DNA of 64,000 bases from Epiperipatus broadwayi (Eukaryota; Animalia; Onychophora), in assembly GCA_028023455.1 (NCBI GenBank), contig JAQFVV010000006.1, forward strand, positions 7,068,001 to 7,132,000. The letters run 5' to 3'. Positions 37,041 through 49,284 of this stretch are shown here, piece after piece (the first letter of the stretch is position 1; every line of letters begins with the position of its first letter). The notes below the pieces were generated by a model. That model searched no databases. It saw only the letters and a program-made list of their open reading frames with translations, and was not told where the DNA came from. Both the position numbers and the translations under genes were made by a program.

Positions 37041-37817
37041 ATGGCGGCCATAAACGCTATAATGCGCGAGTTCGACGTAAATGATGTTGACTCGTGGAAG
37101 AGTTATATTGAACAAGCAGAATATTATATATTCATAAATAGAATTGAGGATGATAGATATAAGATTTCCACACTATTATATTTAGCAGGAAAAGACACAA
37201 TCTAATTAGCAAACAGGATTACCGACCCGAAGCGTCCCGAAGATTTCACGTATCAGGAATTTATACAAAAGTTGAATGAATACTTTCTACTGAAACAGTC
37301 TAAATGGATAGCATGCCTTCAGCTGAGAAATAGAATGCAGTCACTGCAAGAGAAATATGTGGATTACGATCTTGCACTGCAAAATCTGGCCAAGGAATGT
37401 GAATACGGTCCAGAAATAAACGACGCATTGTTGGAACAGTTCTTGTATGAAATGACAGACGCAAACTTCAGGAAGGTCTTATTGAGCGATTCGGAATTAA
37501 CATACAAAACAGCGATTGATAAATGTGTCATGCAAGAGGCCATGCTCAACATCGCATCAGAATATACCAGATCAAAATCACCGGAAAAGATCGCTTTCAG
37601 TAGAGAAAAGAAAAAATTTGACTCTACGTCTTTCGGTGGACACACCAAACAACAAAATTGTACTTGCTGTGGAAAATCTGGTCATACAAAAAGTAGCTGT
37701 AGGCACAAGGATAAAACATGTAGACAATGTAACAAGAAAGGACATTTAGTGGCCGTGTGTTATTATAAAGAGGGCAGGACACAGAGAAAAAATGTAGACC
37801 CCAAACCCCAGGAGTAG
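37041..37817 (+). pseudogene. gag: Gag with premature TAA at 37203 and two CCHC zinc knuckles
   Basis: MAAINAIMREFDVNDVDSWKSYIEQAEYY is in frame with ORF 37272-37817. Zinc knuckles are CTCCGKSGHTKSSC and CRQCNKKGHLVAVC. Confidence 0.9.
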
Positions 37818-37819
37818 AA

Positions 37820-40800
37820 TATAAAAAATCAACCATTAAGACTGTATCAAAAGGCGACAATAAAACAGATCACATTCTTCTGGATTTGCAGGTCTGTGGA
37901 AAAGCAATCACAATGGAAGTGGATAGTGGAGCTGGATTGTCGTTGATATCACTTAAGGATTGGACAGAGATCACTCGAGGTAGTAAATATAAATTAAAGC
38001 TACGTAAGGCTGATACAATTGTAACAGATATAAACGGAAACAAAGTTGATATCCGAGGAAAATTAACTGTGCCTGTGACACTTAACTCTAGACATAAATC
38101 TTTGACATTGTATATAGTAAATAAAGACATTAGTCCATTATTGGGCAGAAACTGGTTTGCTCCATTGGGAATACACATAAATATACTAAAGACTGTCCGT
38201 ATAGAAAAAAGAAATAAAAAAAATATCCGGAACTGTTTATATCAGGCCCAGCGGAATTTAGAACAAGACCAGTAGACATAGAATTAGTACCAGAAGCCAA
38301 AGCCATTGTTTGTAAGACCAGAAAAGTACCATTTGCATTGAGGGAGAGAGTGGAAAAGGCAATAATGGATTTAGTATCAAAAGGAGTATTATCACCCACT
38401 GAAGAATCATCCTGGGAAACTCCTGTTGTAACCATAATAAAACCAGATGGGAGTATAAGATTATGTGGGGATTATAGAGTTACGGTCAACAAATATATAA
38501 ACAAAGGTGCATACTCGGTCCCAAGCGTAAAGGAAATACTGGCATCATTACAGAAGGCCAAGTATTTTGCAAAAATTGACCTAAGAGCAGCTTTCCACCA
38601 GATCCCAGTAACAAAAAGTACATCTGAATTACTTACACTGACCACGCATAAGGGATTATATGCATGTAATAAATTGCCATATGGAATAACCATTGCGCCG
38701 AATGTGTTTCAGGCTAAAATGGACATGCTATTCAGATCTATGGAAGGAGTGATACCTTATTTAGATGACATTTTAATTATTGGTGCAACTGAGGCAGAAC
38801 TCGAGAAACGGGTAGATCAGGTTTGCTCAGGATTGTCTCGGGCCAAAGCAAAGCTTAATGTTAATAAATGCATTTGGTCAGCTCGAGAAATCAAGTTCCT
38901 GGGACACATAATAAATGAAAATGGTCGAAAACCCGACCCCGAAAAAGTAAAGGTTCTAAAAAATGGTACAAAACCAAAAACATCAAAAAACTGCATGAAT
39001 TTTTAGGACTTAAAACTTTTATGAGAGTTTTTTAGAAGGAAAGTCACACTTGCTGTCACCACTATACCTGTTATTAAAAAAGAAACAGCGATATATCTGG
39101 ACTGATGCACAGGAGAATGCTTTTAGAACTGCAAAAGACTTATTAATGTCAGAAGCACTACTGGTACATTACCGAAGTGACTGGGCAGTGAACATCACAA
39201 CCGATGCATCTGAGTATGGTGTGGGAGCAGTCATATCACACCCATGCTATGAAGGGGAGCGTCCAATAGCATTTGCATCAAGAGTATTGACAGCTGCAGA
39301 GAAAAATTATAGCCAGATTGACAAGGAAGTATTGGCAGTGATTTTTGCGGTAAAAAAATTCCACCAATATGTGTATGGCCGCAACTTCACCATCTATACA
39401 GATCATCGCCCCTTAACAGGGATTTTTGGCAGTGAAAAGGGACCTATAGAACCCCCAAGTCAACGTATGGTGTGATGGCCAAACTTGATGTCACAATACG
39501 ACTATAAGCTAATCTACAAACCTGGGAAAACAATTGCACATGCAGATGCTTTGTCTAGGCTGCCAGACACCACAGAAAGAGTGTTCAAAACTAAAGAGAT
39601 AAATTACATTGACACATTACAGTCAAAGGAGATAAATAGCATGACTATAAAGGAATGGACCAGAAAAAATGATGGTTATGTACAGTTAATAAAGTGAATC
39701 AGAAATGGGTGGCCAAAGAAATGCCCTAGTGAATTGAGCAAAGCTATATGGATAGCTAGGGATAAACTTTCTGTGTGCGATGGATGTATCTTAAAAAATG
39801 ACAGAGTGTTAGTACCTATTGAAGGTAGGCCTCAAGTCCTAAACCTACTTCATCAAGGACATCCAGGAGTGGTATGAATGAAAGCCCTTGCACGGTCATA
39901 TGTATGGTGGCCAAACTTAACAAATGAAATAGAGACCCGAGTAAAAAAATTGCAGGAACTGCCAACAAGTGGCCAGATTACCACCAAAGCATTATGAAAC
40001 ATGGGAACCACCTAAGTCTCCATGGACACGTGTTCATCTGGATCACATTGGCCCATTGGATGGACACTTGATACTATTAGTGATCGATGCTTTTTCTCGA
40101 TGGACTTGAGTATCGAATAGTTAAGGATACTAGTGCAGACTGTACCATCCGAGTGTTAAATGAACTATTTCCACACATGGTTATCCAGAAACTATTGTGA
40201 CAGACAACGGTTCAGGTTTTGCTTCAAGAAAATTTACAGATTTTCTAAACAAGGGAGGAATTAAACACCTGCTTACACCCCCTTACCATCCTGAAAGTAA
40301 TGGGATAGCAGAACAAGGAGTACAGCACTTAAAAAACATTTTAAAAAAACTTCAGAACAAAAACATATCAGAAGCCTTGATACAGGCTATGTATGCTCAG
40401 CACTTTACTCCAAACACTGCAATGGATAAAGCTCCAGCAGAGCTATTGATGTGTCGGACATTCAGGGCCCATTTGACAAAACTACTACCTGGAAACACTA
40501 GAGAAAAAAATAATAATGCCAAAGTGGTTAAGTTTTTGCCAGGCGATTGCATATGGGTGTTGGATGTTTTAAAACATAAATGGAGCCCTGGAGTAGTAAA
40601 CCAGTCATTGCATAAACAGATTTGTCTAATCGAGATGGAGGGTGGAAAAGTGTTGAGAAAACATATAAACCACCTTCGTCATCGTGAAACAAAGGAAGAC
40701 GAAGCTATATGGCCAGAAATGAACCATATCATGAAGGGACCGACTAAAGATGAATATAAAAAGAAAGATGAGTCAGAACTGACTGAAGATGAAGTGACAG

Positions 40801-40910
40801 AGCAAGAACTGGACTCACCAGGAGTACAAAGAGAAAAAATAAATGATAGTCCTAAAATTCCCCAAATACGGAAACCACCGGTTAAATTTAAGGATTATAT
40901 AGTAAACTAG
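37820..40910 (+). pseudogene. pol: Pol: protease, RT, RNase H, integrase; several frameshifts and stops
   Basis: Protease VDSGA; RT RLCGDYR and YLDD; RNase H TDASEYGVGAV; integrase HQGHPG zinc finger, TDNG and PESNGIAE. Confidence 0.93.
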
Positions 40911-40925
40911 AGTAATATGTATTAC

Positions 40926-40941
40926 TAGAGTGGGGGAAGGA
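40926..40941 (+). promoter_or_regulatory. Polypurine tract (duplicated at 41025-41040)
   Basis: AGAGTGGGGGAAGGA lies immediately before the LTR start TGCTAT. Confidence 0.85.
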
Positions 40942-41041
40942 CTGCTATATATATATGTAATATATGTTGGTTTGCACTTACCGCATAACGTGAATTCTTA
41001 GTAAACTAGAGTAATATGTATTACTAGAGTGGGGGAAGGAC

Positions 41042-41496
41042 TGCTATATATATATGTAATATATGTTGGTTTGCACTTACCGCATAACGTGAATTCTTCT
41101 CCACACAAAAATAGAGAGCGCTGCCGTAAATTATGATTTCCAGAATATATGCCCGATAAAGGGATATAGTATAAAACTGGTGGCAGAGATTTATCACTCT
41201 CAGTTCCCGGGATGTTATCAGTACACAGCCTTCAGGATAAATGAAATCCATAGTAAAGAAAACAGTAGGTAAAATGGCTACTGTAGAAACGTATAAAATA
41301 AGGACTGGTAAAATAAAACAATATTATGTTTAATGTAAATAAACTGAGTGAAATCTTGTGTGTATATATTATTATTATAATTGTATGTTCGTGTGGTAGA
41401 AACTAGTAATTAAAATATATATAGAAATATTAAATGAGTTATTTTAATTTATTGCTATCTTACTGATTCAACTTAATTGAAACCTAAGACATAGCA
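41042..41496 (+). repeat. 3' LTR (455 bp)
   Basis: Direct repeat of 36513-36960, followed by the TSD GAGTG. Confidence 0.95.
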
Positions 41497-44400
41497 GAGT
41501 GGCATTACTGTATGGAGAGTTTTGCCTCTTTTAATAACAGTTATGAGCAAGCATAAGAAATGGTGATCATGTGATGTTTAGTGGATTAAGATTGATTCTT
41601 GTCTTCTCATAATAAATAAAGGGATAGACATTATTAACTTTTAATCATGCAAACAATCTTATAATGGTCCAATTTTAACATTTTCTTCTTAAAATTTTTA
41701 AGAACTTATTAAGATAATATCTGTGCTACAAGTGATGATATGATCAGACAGAGAGTAATGTACCACACCTCCACACCACTCTCCATCACCTCTTTCCTCT
41801 CATGCTGTGGATACATCGTTTTATAACTCAAAAAACTAAATTCTTTTCATGGTTTCATAATCTGAATTCGAACTGGAACCATTTTTAGATCTCTTATATA
41901 GTTGTAAGTGCTAAGCTATTCTTACATTCAGAGGTGAATCCTTGTCTCCGGATAATAAATAAAGAGAAAGATTTTATTAAAATCTAGTCCGATAGTGGCA
42001 CTTTCTATTTAAGATTGTTAATGTTCCTATTAAAGTTAAATTCTATAATAAGTGCCATAGATAGATAGCCCGTTTATAAATAGCTGACAATATTAAATAT
42101 TTCTTTGTTTAATTACTGCTAATTCTTATCTATTTTACGTATAAACTAACAGTGTTTTCGGAAATATATATATAGATAATTAGCCACTGTTATAATATAT
42201 ATAGAATTCTTCTCAAAAATAAAATGGACTGATATTAGTTTACTACCACGTTCATTAGTTTAAATTTCCAGGTGAGAAATTTTGCGCGATTTAAAACTGA
42301 TTACGCATTAATATTTAATAATCTCTATCAATCAGACAAATGATTAGAATGATAAGTGATCAAATTCTCTTGGAAACTCTTCTCAAACTAATAATAGTAG
42401 CGAACAGAACATCAAAGCAAAATAAATATTTTATACGAAATTGTCAACGTTTTTTTTTTACTATTTTCTCAACAGGTTTAAGTTACAGAAATAATCCAAT
42501 ATATATATTGTTATAATCATTATTTATAATTAACTCATTTTGGCACAAATGATAAATAATTACGGAACTTCAGCGATTTTAATATAATAGTTGGATTAAA
42601 TATACTTTATAATATAAGAAAAAACTTTTCCTCCTGTATAATAAATGTATATACACACACATATAATATAATTATGAACAGCGTTTTTCAATATAATATA
42701 TAATCCCCGGTTTTGACGAATTAACTAATCGCCAATAAATTCTTCAGCATTTCTGTATTTACTAGACTGCTTCACGAATAAAAAAAAATGAAGCAATTTG
42801 CATTAATATCCCGGTGTATGTAAAGAATTAGCAAATCTCGTAAGTTTTTAAACAAGAGTGAAAGAAATCCTTTATATTTGAGATGTAAAAACTGTCATCT
42901 CTATATATGTGGTGTAGTTTTAACTTTCAAGAGAGTTCATTTCTTATTCACTTCAAGACATATGCGAATTCAGAATTTTTAAGTCGAATATTTGTAATAC
43001 AATTAATTAAATAAAGCATTTCCCCAACATAATACTAATTTACAATTTTATTAATTAACCAAATACTGTTCAATAAACATTTCAACCCCCGTTTTTAATA
43101 GATGGCCATGCCAATATTTGCACTAGCTATCCCAGATATATGTAGGGAATAGCAGATTTGTCAAGTTTTTAAACAAGATTGAAACCCATTACATCCTATA
43201 TGTAAATACATTCTCATCTATATATAGCTTAGTTCTAATTTTCTCAATCCACTATGTACATCCATAACAGCTAATGCAATTGATAATTTTGCATTAGGGT
43301 AACAACCTAGTAAGTTCAGGGGTTATCTGGAAAAAAAAAATATTAATCAACATTTGGGCCATTAATCAAAATCAGAAATTACACATTATGTTAGGAAAAA
43401 CACTAAATACATTACAAATATTTAATTTAAAAACAGTGGAGTTGCGAATTATGCTGTATCTAAAATAAATCTTCAATTATATGTTATCCAAAGAAAAATG
43501 TAAGCGAACAAACTGTAACCTAAATAAACAAACCAAAAACCTCTACTAAAATTCACCAATTTGATGATATCCAGCAGTCATTTATCCTTCTCTGAGCACG
43601 TACATAATTATACATATTAATAAAATGTCTTGGGTTTATGTTGAAAGGACATATATTTTATTTTGTTATGATCCTTTCCAAATTTGAAGTGTAATAAAAT
43701 ATTTTCTAAGAGTTGTTGCTAAAAGTTTTTATAAAATTTTAGAACCTACTTAAAGTTAATATTTATTTAAGAACAATAAAATAATTAGAGAGATCATAAT
43801 TTCATATAAACAGCCTAGTCGATTGACAAAACAAATACTAATTGCCCAGAACATATTTAATAAAGCTGAAAAATCAGACATTTCATTATTTACTTTATTT
43901 TAAAAATAAAACTTCAGTAGTTCTTATTGCTTCAGGGAATATATGAGTGACTCCCTAAAATATGTGTAAATATATCCCCTAAATTTATTATTAATAACTA
44001 TATTATTATTATTTTTAAAATTTGTTTATACTATAATTTTGATTTATATTCCTACTATATATATAAAAAGCACCTACGATATATATATATATATGCGTGT
44101 TGATAAGTATTGTACGCTTGTAATTCAATAAATAATATGTATTCTATAATAATCATATTTACAAGTAGAGTGTAAGATATCAATATATATAGTTAAATAC
44201 TGCCTGATGCTATATTAGTAATAGTAAATAAAATAGAAAATCATATAAAACTAAATACTAGCAAAATAACAAATTTATGCCAAACCTCTCTCACAACCAT
44301 GGTTTCACCAATTACACAAATAGATCCTTTTCAAGAGAAAATTAACTACAGATACACACATGTATAAAATAAGACCAAATCATATATATATATATGTTAT

Positions 44401-44969
44401 GTTTAGGACCGAATCTTGTCAATATATATGTGCATTATGTTTAGCTGATTTTCTCCTAAGAAGTTCTATTTGTATAATAGATAAAACCATGGTTGTGAGA
44501 TAATTCAAGCACAAATTTCTTATATTGCTAATATTTATTTAATCTTCTATGATTTTCTATTTAATATATATGCATGTACACTGGGATTATTATTTGTAGC
44601 ATGTGAATATGCTCAACAAAGTCATTATTAGTTTTTAAAGTTTCTTCTGCAATTTATATATGTATATTATGTAATAACTTATTACATTATTCACGGATTT
44701 CATGCCACATTTTAAGATTATATTCTCCTGTTACAAAATTATTTACAAAAAAAAAAGATCGTATTGAAACGGTCAGTTTCATCCATCTGCCCGTTTCACT
44801 TATTTGACCCACACATCTATCCATATGTCAGGTTTAAACCCTCTCAGAGTACCCATTCAAATAACATTAGATTACTATATATGCAGAATCATGTATATAT
44901 ATGCGAATAATATGTCTATAATTTAATAGTATATGTATAGATTACAGATATGTATCCATTTTATAAATT

Positions 44970-46138
44970 AACCTGGGTCTCTTTTTACGCGGACTTATTT
45001 AGCACGATTTTGAAGTTACGCGATTCATGTTTCACCGGAAGTCGTATTCCAATAATGCGCTATTACTTTAAATAATAAATTTCGCGCACTTATGTTATAT
45101 TGAAAGTAATAGCATATTATTGGAATTCGACTTTCATCTTAGTAATTTCAATATTTTCAGTGTTTTATAATAGTAAGATTTTATGCAATAATGAAATTAA
45201 AATCATGATTTCCACATTTTATGTATACACATATTAAATTTTACAAGATTATAATGTAAATTTGTTCAAACATTGTGCGTGTTAATTTTGCATTTTAAAT
45301 CACACTCTGTTTTTGCTTTTTAAAAAAGAACGTAATCAATTATTAATCATTTAGTGTTTGCAAGTTTATTTTTAAAAGTTGAGTAATAGCAGTGGGCACA
45401 ATTAAATTTGAGAATTAAAAATTAAAATCTGATTTTTAATTGTAATTAACAATTTAAAAATTACTTACGGTGACTTGAAATTAATGTGATGTAAAACGAA
45501 ATTTGATTTTTAAACGGAATTGAAAATTAAAAAATTAAAGACAAAAATAAGAATTTAATTTTTAGTTGTTAGTTTTAATTAAATTTTTCCCAGCAATGGT
45601 GAATAAATGTCTTTTTATTATCATAAGTCTAAGTTCATAAACAATTAATAAAATCATCATCTCAAAGATTAATTACTAATTATGTTGTCACCAGAAAAAC
45701 ATTAACACAACGTGAGAGTGACGTTGGCACTAGTTGTATTTCCTCTTGTGAGAATTGATTTTTTACCAGTTTGCAAACGAATGTGTTTTTTGGCAAATAG
45801 CAATAATAATTAAAACATGTATAAAAAATGTAAATTACTTTACTGTAAATTATGCATAAAAATATATTATTTTGAATAAAATTATAGTTAAAAAAAGTTT
45901 GTCTTGTATCAATTTTTTTCAAATTTGAAATTTTTTATTAGTCATATTTTATTTCCTTATGTTTTTGTTGCACAGATTTTAAAGTAATATTACGTTGGTT
46001 CTTTGCTTTTACGTGAATTTTGAAAAATCACAGACCGCACCCTCCCTTTTTCAATGTAAGTTACGTCTATTTTTACGTGATTTCGTTTGCGCATGTTTTC
46101 TGAGGAACCTATCTATCGCGTAAAACGAGACCCAGGTG
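44970..46138. mobile_element. Tigger/pogo-like non-autonomous DNA transposon
   Basis: The left end ACCTGGGTCTCTTTTTACGCG matches the reverse complement of the right end CGCGTAAAACGAGACCCAGGTG. TA flanks; no transposase ORF seen. Confidence 0.6.
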
Positions 46139-46559
46139 TATTTCTAATTTAGGAAATATTTTAGTTTAAATTATTATGTTATTGGTATATTATATATATA
46201 TATTCAATTTATAAATATTTCTAGTTTAAGAAATTCATTTTATAAATATTTCTAGTTTAAGAAATATTTTAGTTAAATTATTTAGTCAACTTTATTGTTG
46301 TATTATTGAAATCGCATAGGTATATTTCCTGTTGTTCTGCACTTATGGTTATAAAATTAGTCTTCTACTAATTATGAAAGTAACTTTGTCAAAATAACAT
46401 TTGATCTTGTAAACAATTTTCGAAGTAGGTCATGCATTGTCCTAAAATAGCGTGGACTTGATTTGTAAATATAAAATGTTTTAAATAAATTTTATTGTGA
46501 CTAATACACTTGTTTAAGCCATGTAAGGCCAATGGATACAGTCTGCTGTTTTAATTGGG

Positions 46560-49284
46560 GTTCATATGAATTCCATTGAAACGCTTGTCATCTAAGTTGT
46601 TAGGTGTCTCATTTATGGGGCAATCCTTCTATATAGGCCCCATGTGTTTTTGAATAAGAATTTAGTGGCCAGTATTAAGTCCTTTGCCTGCAACTTTTCC
46701 AGCTGGAGGTTGAATATTCCAAATGGATCAGGTCTGGGTGTTGTGAATTTGGAACCGCATCTGGCCATCCATAGGGCATATGAGATAAATATAGCCATAC
46801 GGATGACTGGGAAGTCACCAGAGTGCAAGCAGCTCTTAAGGTCTAGGATCTTGAGGAGAGGAATGCTACATTCCATACTAATGGATCTCCTGATGTCGTG
46901 ATATCCTGGGCAAAGAGACATGATGTGTTCGAAGGTTTCATCACCTCTTTGACAGAGATAGCATGTTGGCTCTATCTTTGTCATGTATCTTCTGTAATGT
47001 AGGAACCAGCTTGTTGGAGTTACGCCATTATTTTTATAATGTGATCCAAAAGCTTTGGTTCCATTACAAGGTGTTTAATAGTTTTCATAATTCTGTGATT
47101 GGTCTGGCCTAGTTGTATTCGGATAGTTATTGGCTCTGGATTTAGTAGTGCATGTGCTTCCCAGATGTTGATCTTTTTCTGGAGGGCCAAGATGAAATTG
47201 CCGTTGTGTCTGAGAAGTTTGCTAATGATGTAGTTTACCCAGGCCGTGCGTGGAGGTGGTGGTCTATCTGTGGGTATTATGGGGTTTATTATGACAGCTG
47301 TGGAGTATTTTTTTTATCAGGCTGTACACTAGGGAGTGTTGTTTCTGGTGCATTATAGTGTTTACTGAATGGAGGGACAGCCCATTGAGTTTCTTGTGTT
47401 AAAATAAACGAGCTGAGCCGATTAAAGATGTTCGGCCCCTCCAGATGATTTGGTTGCAAATCCTTTGGATTTGGGTATTGAAGGATTTGTTAAGCGAAAT
47501 TATTGGTAGGTAGTAATTGATCTTGCTCATTATTTTTGCATTTATTAGGGCTATTTTTCCTTGAAAAGAGAGATATGTTTTGGCTATTGATTTTGCAAAT
47601 TTGGTAGCTTCTTCCAGTAGATACTTGCGAAGGATAGAAGACATGGCATTGAATGACATATGAATTGGGAATCCCAGGTAGGGTTGGGGCTGTGCAAGGA
47701 AATCTGATTTGATGCATTTGCCTGAGTTGATACACCAAGCCAAGGATTTTTGGAGGTTAATTGAAAGTTTAAATTTGTTAGTATAATTGGTGATTATGTT
47801 GTATAAGGTAGGAAGACATTTACGTGAAGGCAGGATGACAAGAATATCATCCATATAGGCAAAAGTGTTAATGCTCTTACTGAGACGGGGGACGAATACT
47901 CCTGGAAGCTTTTCAAGTTCTAGCAGCAGTGTCTTAATGTACTTGATGAATAATAAGCCACTCAGTGGGGACCCCTGTGGGATGGAATTTGCAGGAGTGA
48001 ATCCTTCTGAGTACGATCCATTAGCTGAAATATGGATGAACTGGTTGTTCAGTAGGTTGTCTAAAATTTGTATGATTTGTGTTGGAATTTCGGAATCTGC
48101 TAAGGTGTTAAGGAGGATACGTACATCCACAGAATCAAATGCTTCTGCAATGTCCAACTGGATGGCAATCGGTTTTGTGTGTCTGTTTGCTCTAATATGG
48201 TCGAACAGGATTTTAATTTCAACCATTGCCTCGAGAGGGGAGGAACCTTTTCTGGCATATTGAGAGGGTGATATATCTTGTAATATGATGCTTTGAAATT
48301 TCTCTTTGATGACCCCTTCAATAATTTTAAAGAGGATGGGTGTCATTGAAATCGGTCTAATGCTATTGATTAGTGTCGGATCACGGTTTTTCTTGAGGAA
48401 TGGCACCATGGCGATGGGGTAGAATTGAGGTAGCACATGCTGCCCTGTGGCCAGATGGTTTAGCACACTTAGAGTAATCTGGCTTGTGAAGTGGCTTAAA
48501 TGGTTAAAAACAAATCTGGGAATGCCGTGCATGCCTGGGTGGACATTTTTGGGTAGACTGAGGAGACGGTTTTTGATATCCTCCAATGTGATTCCATGTT
48601 TCGCTTCAGTGGTGGAACAATCCCATTCAGCACGTGAAGGAATCATGTGCCCTTGAAAGCGATTTTTGTAGTGGTTGTTAATGTGTTGAAGCATTTGAAC
48701 TCCCACAATTTGTCTGTCTTTGACGAGCAAAGAGACTGGAATTTGTTGCTTGTATTTTGCCCCCAGAGCCCATTGAAGGTAACCACGGGTCCAGCAGTGT
48801 TGGGCAGGTAGGAAGAGTTTAGCATTTTTGGTAGCAATTATTTCAGCAATCTGTGCTTATACCAACCTTTCAGTGCGATTAATTTGTCTATGTTGTTGTC
48901 TTGAGGAATAAAGGCTTTAATTTGTGTGTGTAATATGTCGAGGTCTCTCATTAGTGAGGTAGGGCCTTTCAGTTTGCTTGTATAATGGCTTATTAAGGAT
49001 TCCAAAATACCGATAAAACAAGCCCAAGCTTCCATCGGATGTAGTTCCAGTATCTTAATTTTATGAAACAAAATGTATGCTTCAGAATAGAAAGCTTCTG
49101 TTGTATTGGCTTGAGTGTACAGCCTGAGACTTTTGTGAGAGGTGGTGAGGATGTTTTCTTCCAGCTCAATCAAGGTGGTAATGGCATAGTGGTCTGAAAA
49201 GGCCACTGGACTGAGATGAGCACTGAGTTTGTGGTGGAGCTGAGGAGAGTAGAACAGGAGGTCAATTAATGTCTGAGTGGTTAA
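46560..49284 (-). mobile_element. L1/Tx1-clade LINE ORF2 remnant (APE C-terminus, RT, C-terminal zinc finger), frameshifted
   Basis: APE motifs LIDLLF and FSDH; RT motifs IRPISM, LDIAEAFDSV, PQGSPLS and YMDD; LSFQGKIALIN; C-terminal CYLC...ETFEHIMSLC. Covers ORF-track entries 48838-49314, 48643-48837, 47399-48730 and 46613-46984. Confidence 0.88.

Larger units (their letters stand above)
36513..41496 (+). mobile_element. Ty3/Gypsy LTR retrotransposon, Mag-like, full length but decayed
   Basis: Two LTRs with TGCTAT...ATAGCA ends, a 5-bp TSD GAGTG (36508-36512 and 41497-41501), and gag-PR-RT-RH-IN domain order. Confidence 0.95.

Noticed and set aside
44210-44575. Degenerate inverted repeat with about 140-bp arms
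   Set aside because: It appears real but is very diverged and AT-rich. No TIR/TSD or ribozyme could be assigned.
47865-48263. Plus-strand 132-aa ORF (and the other short ORFs overlapping 46613-48730 or the Gypsy pol)
   Set aside because: These are antisense or off-frame shadows of retroelement coding sequence.
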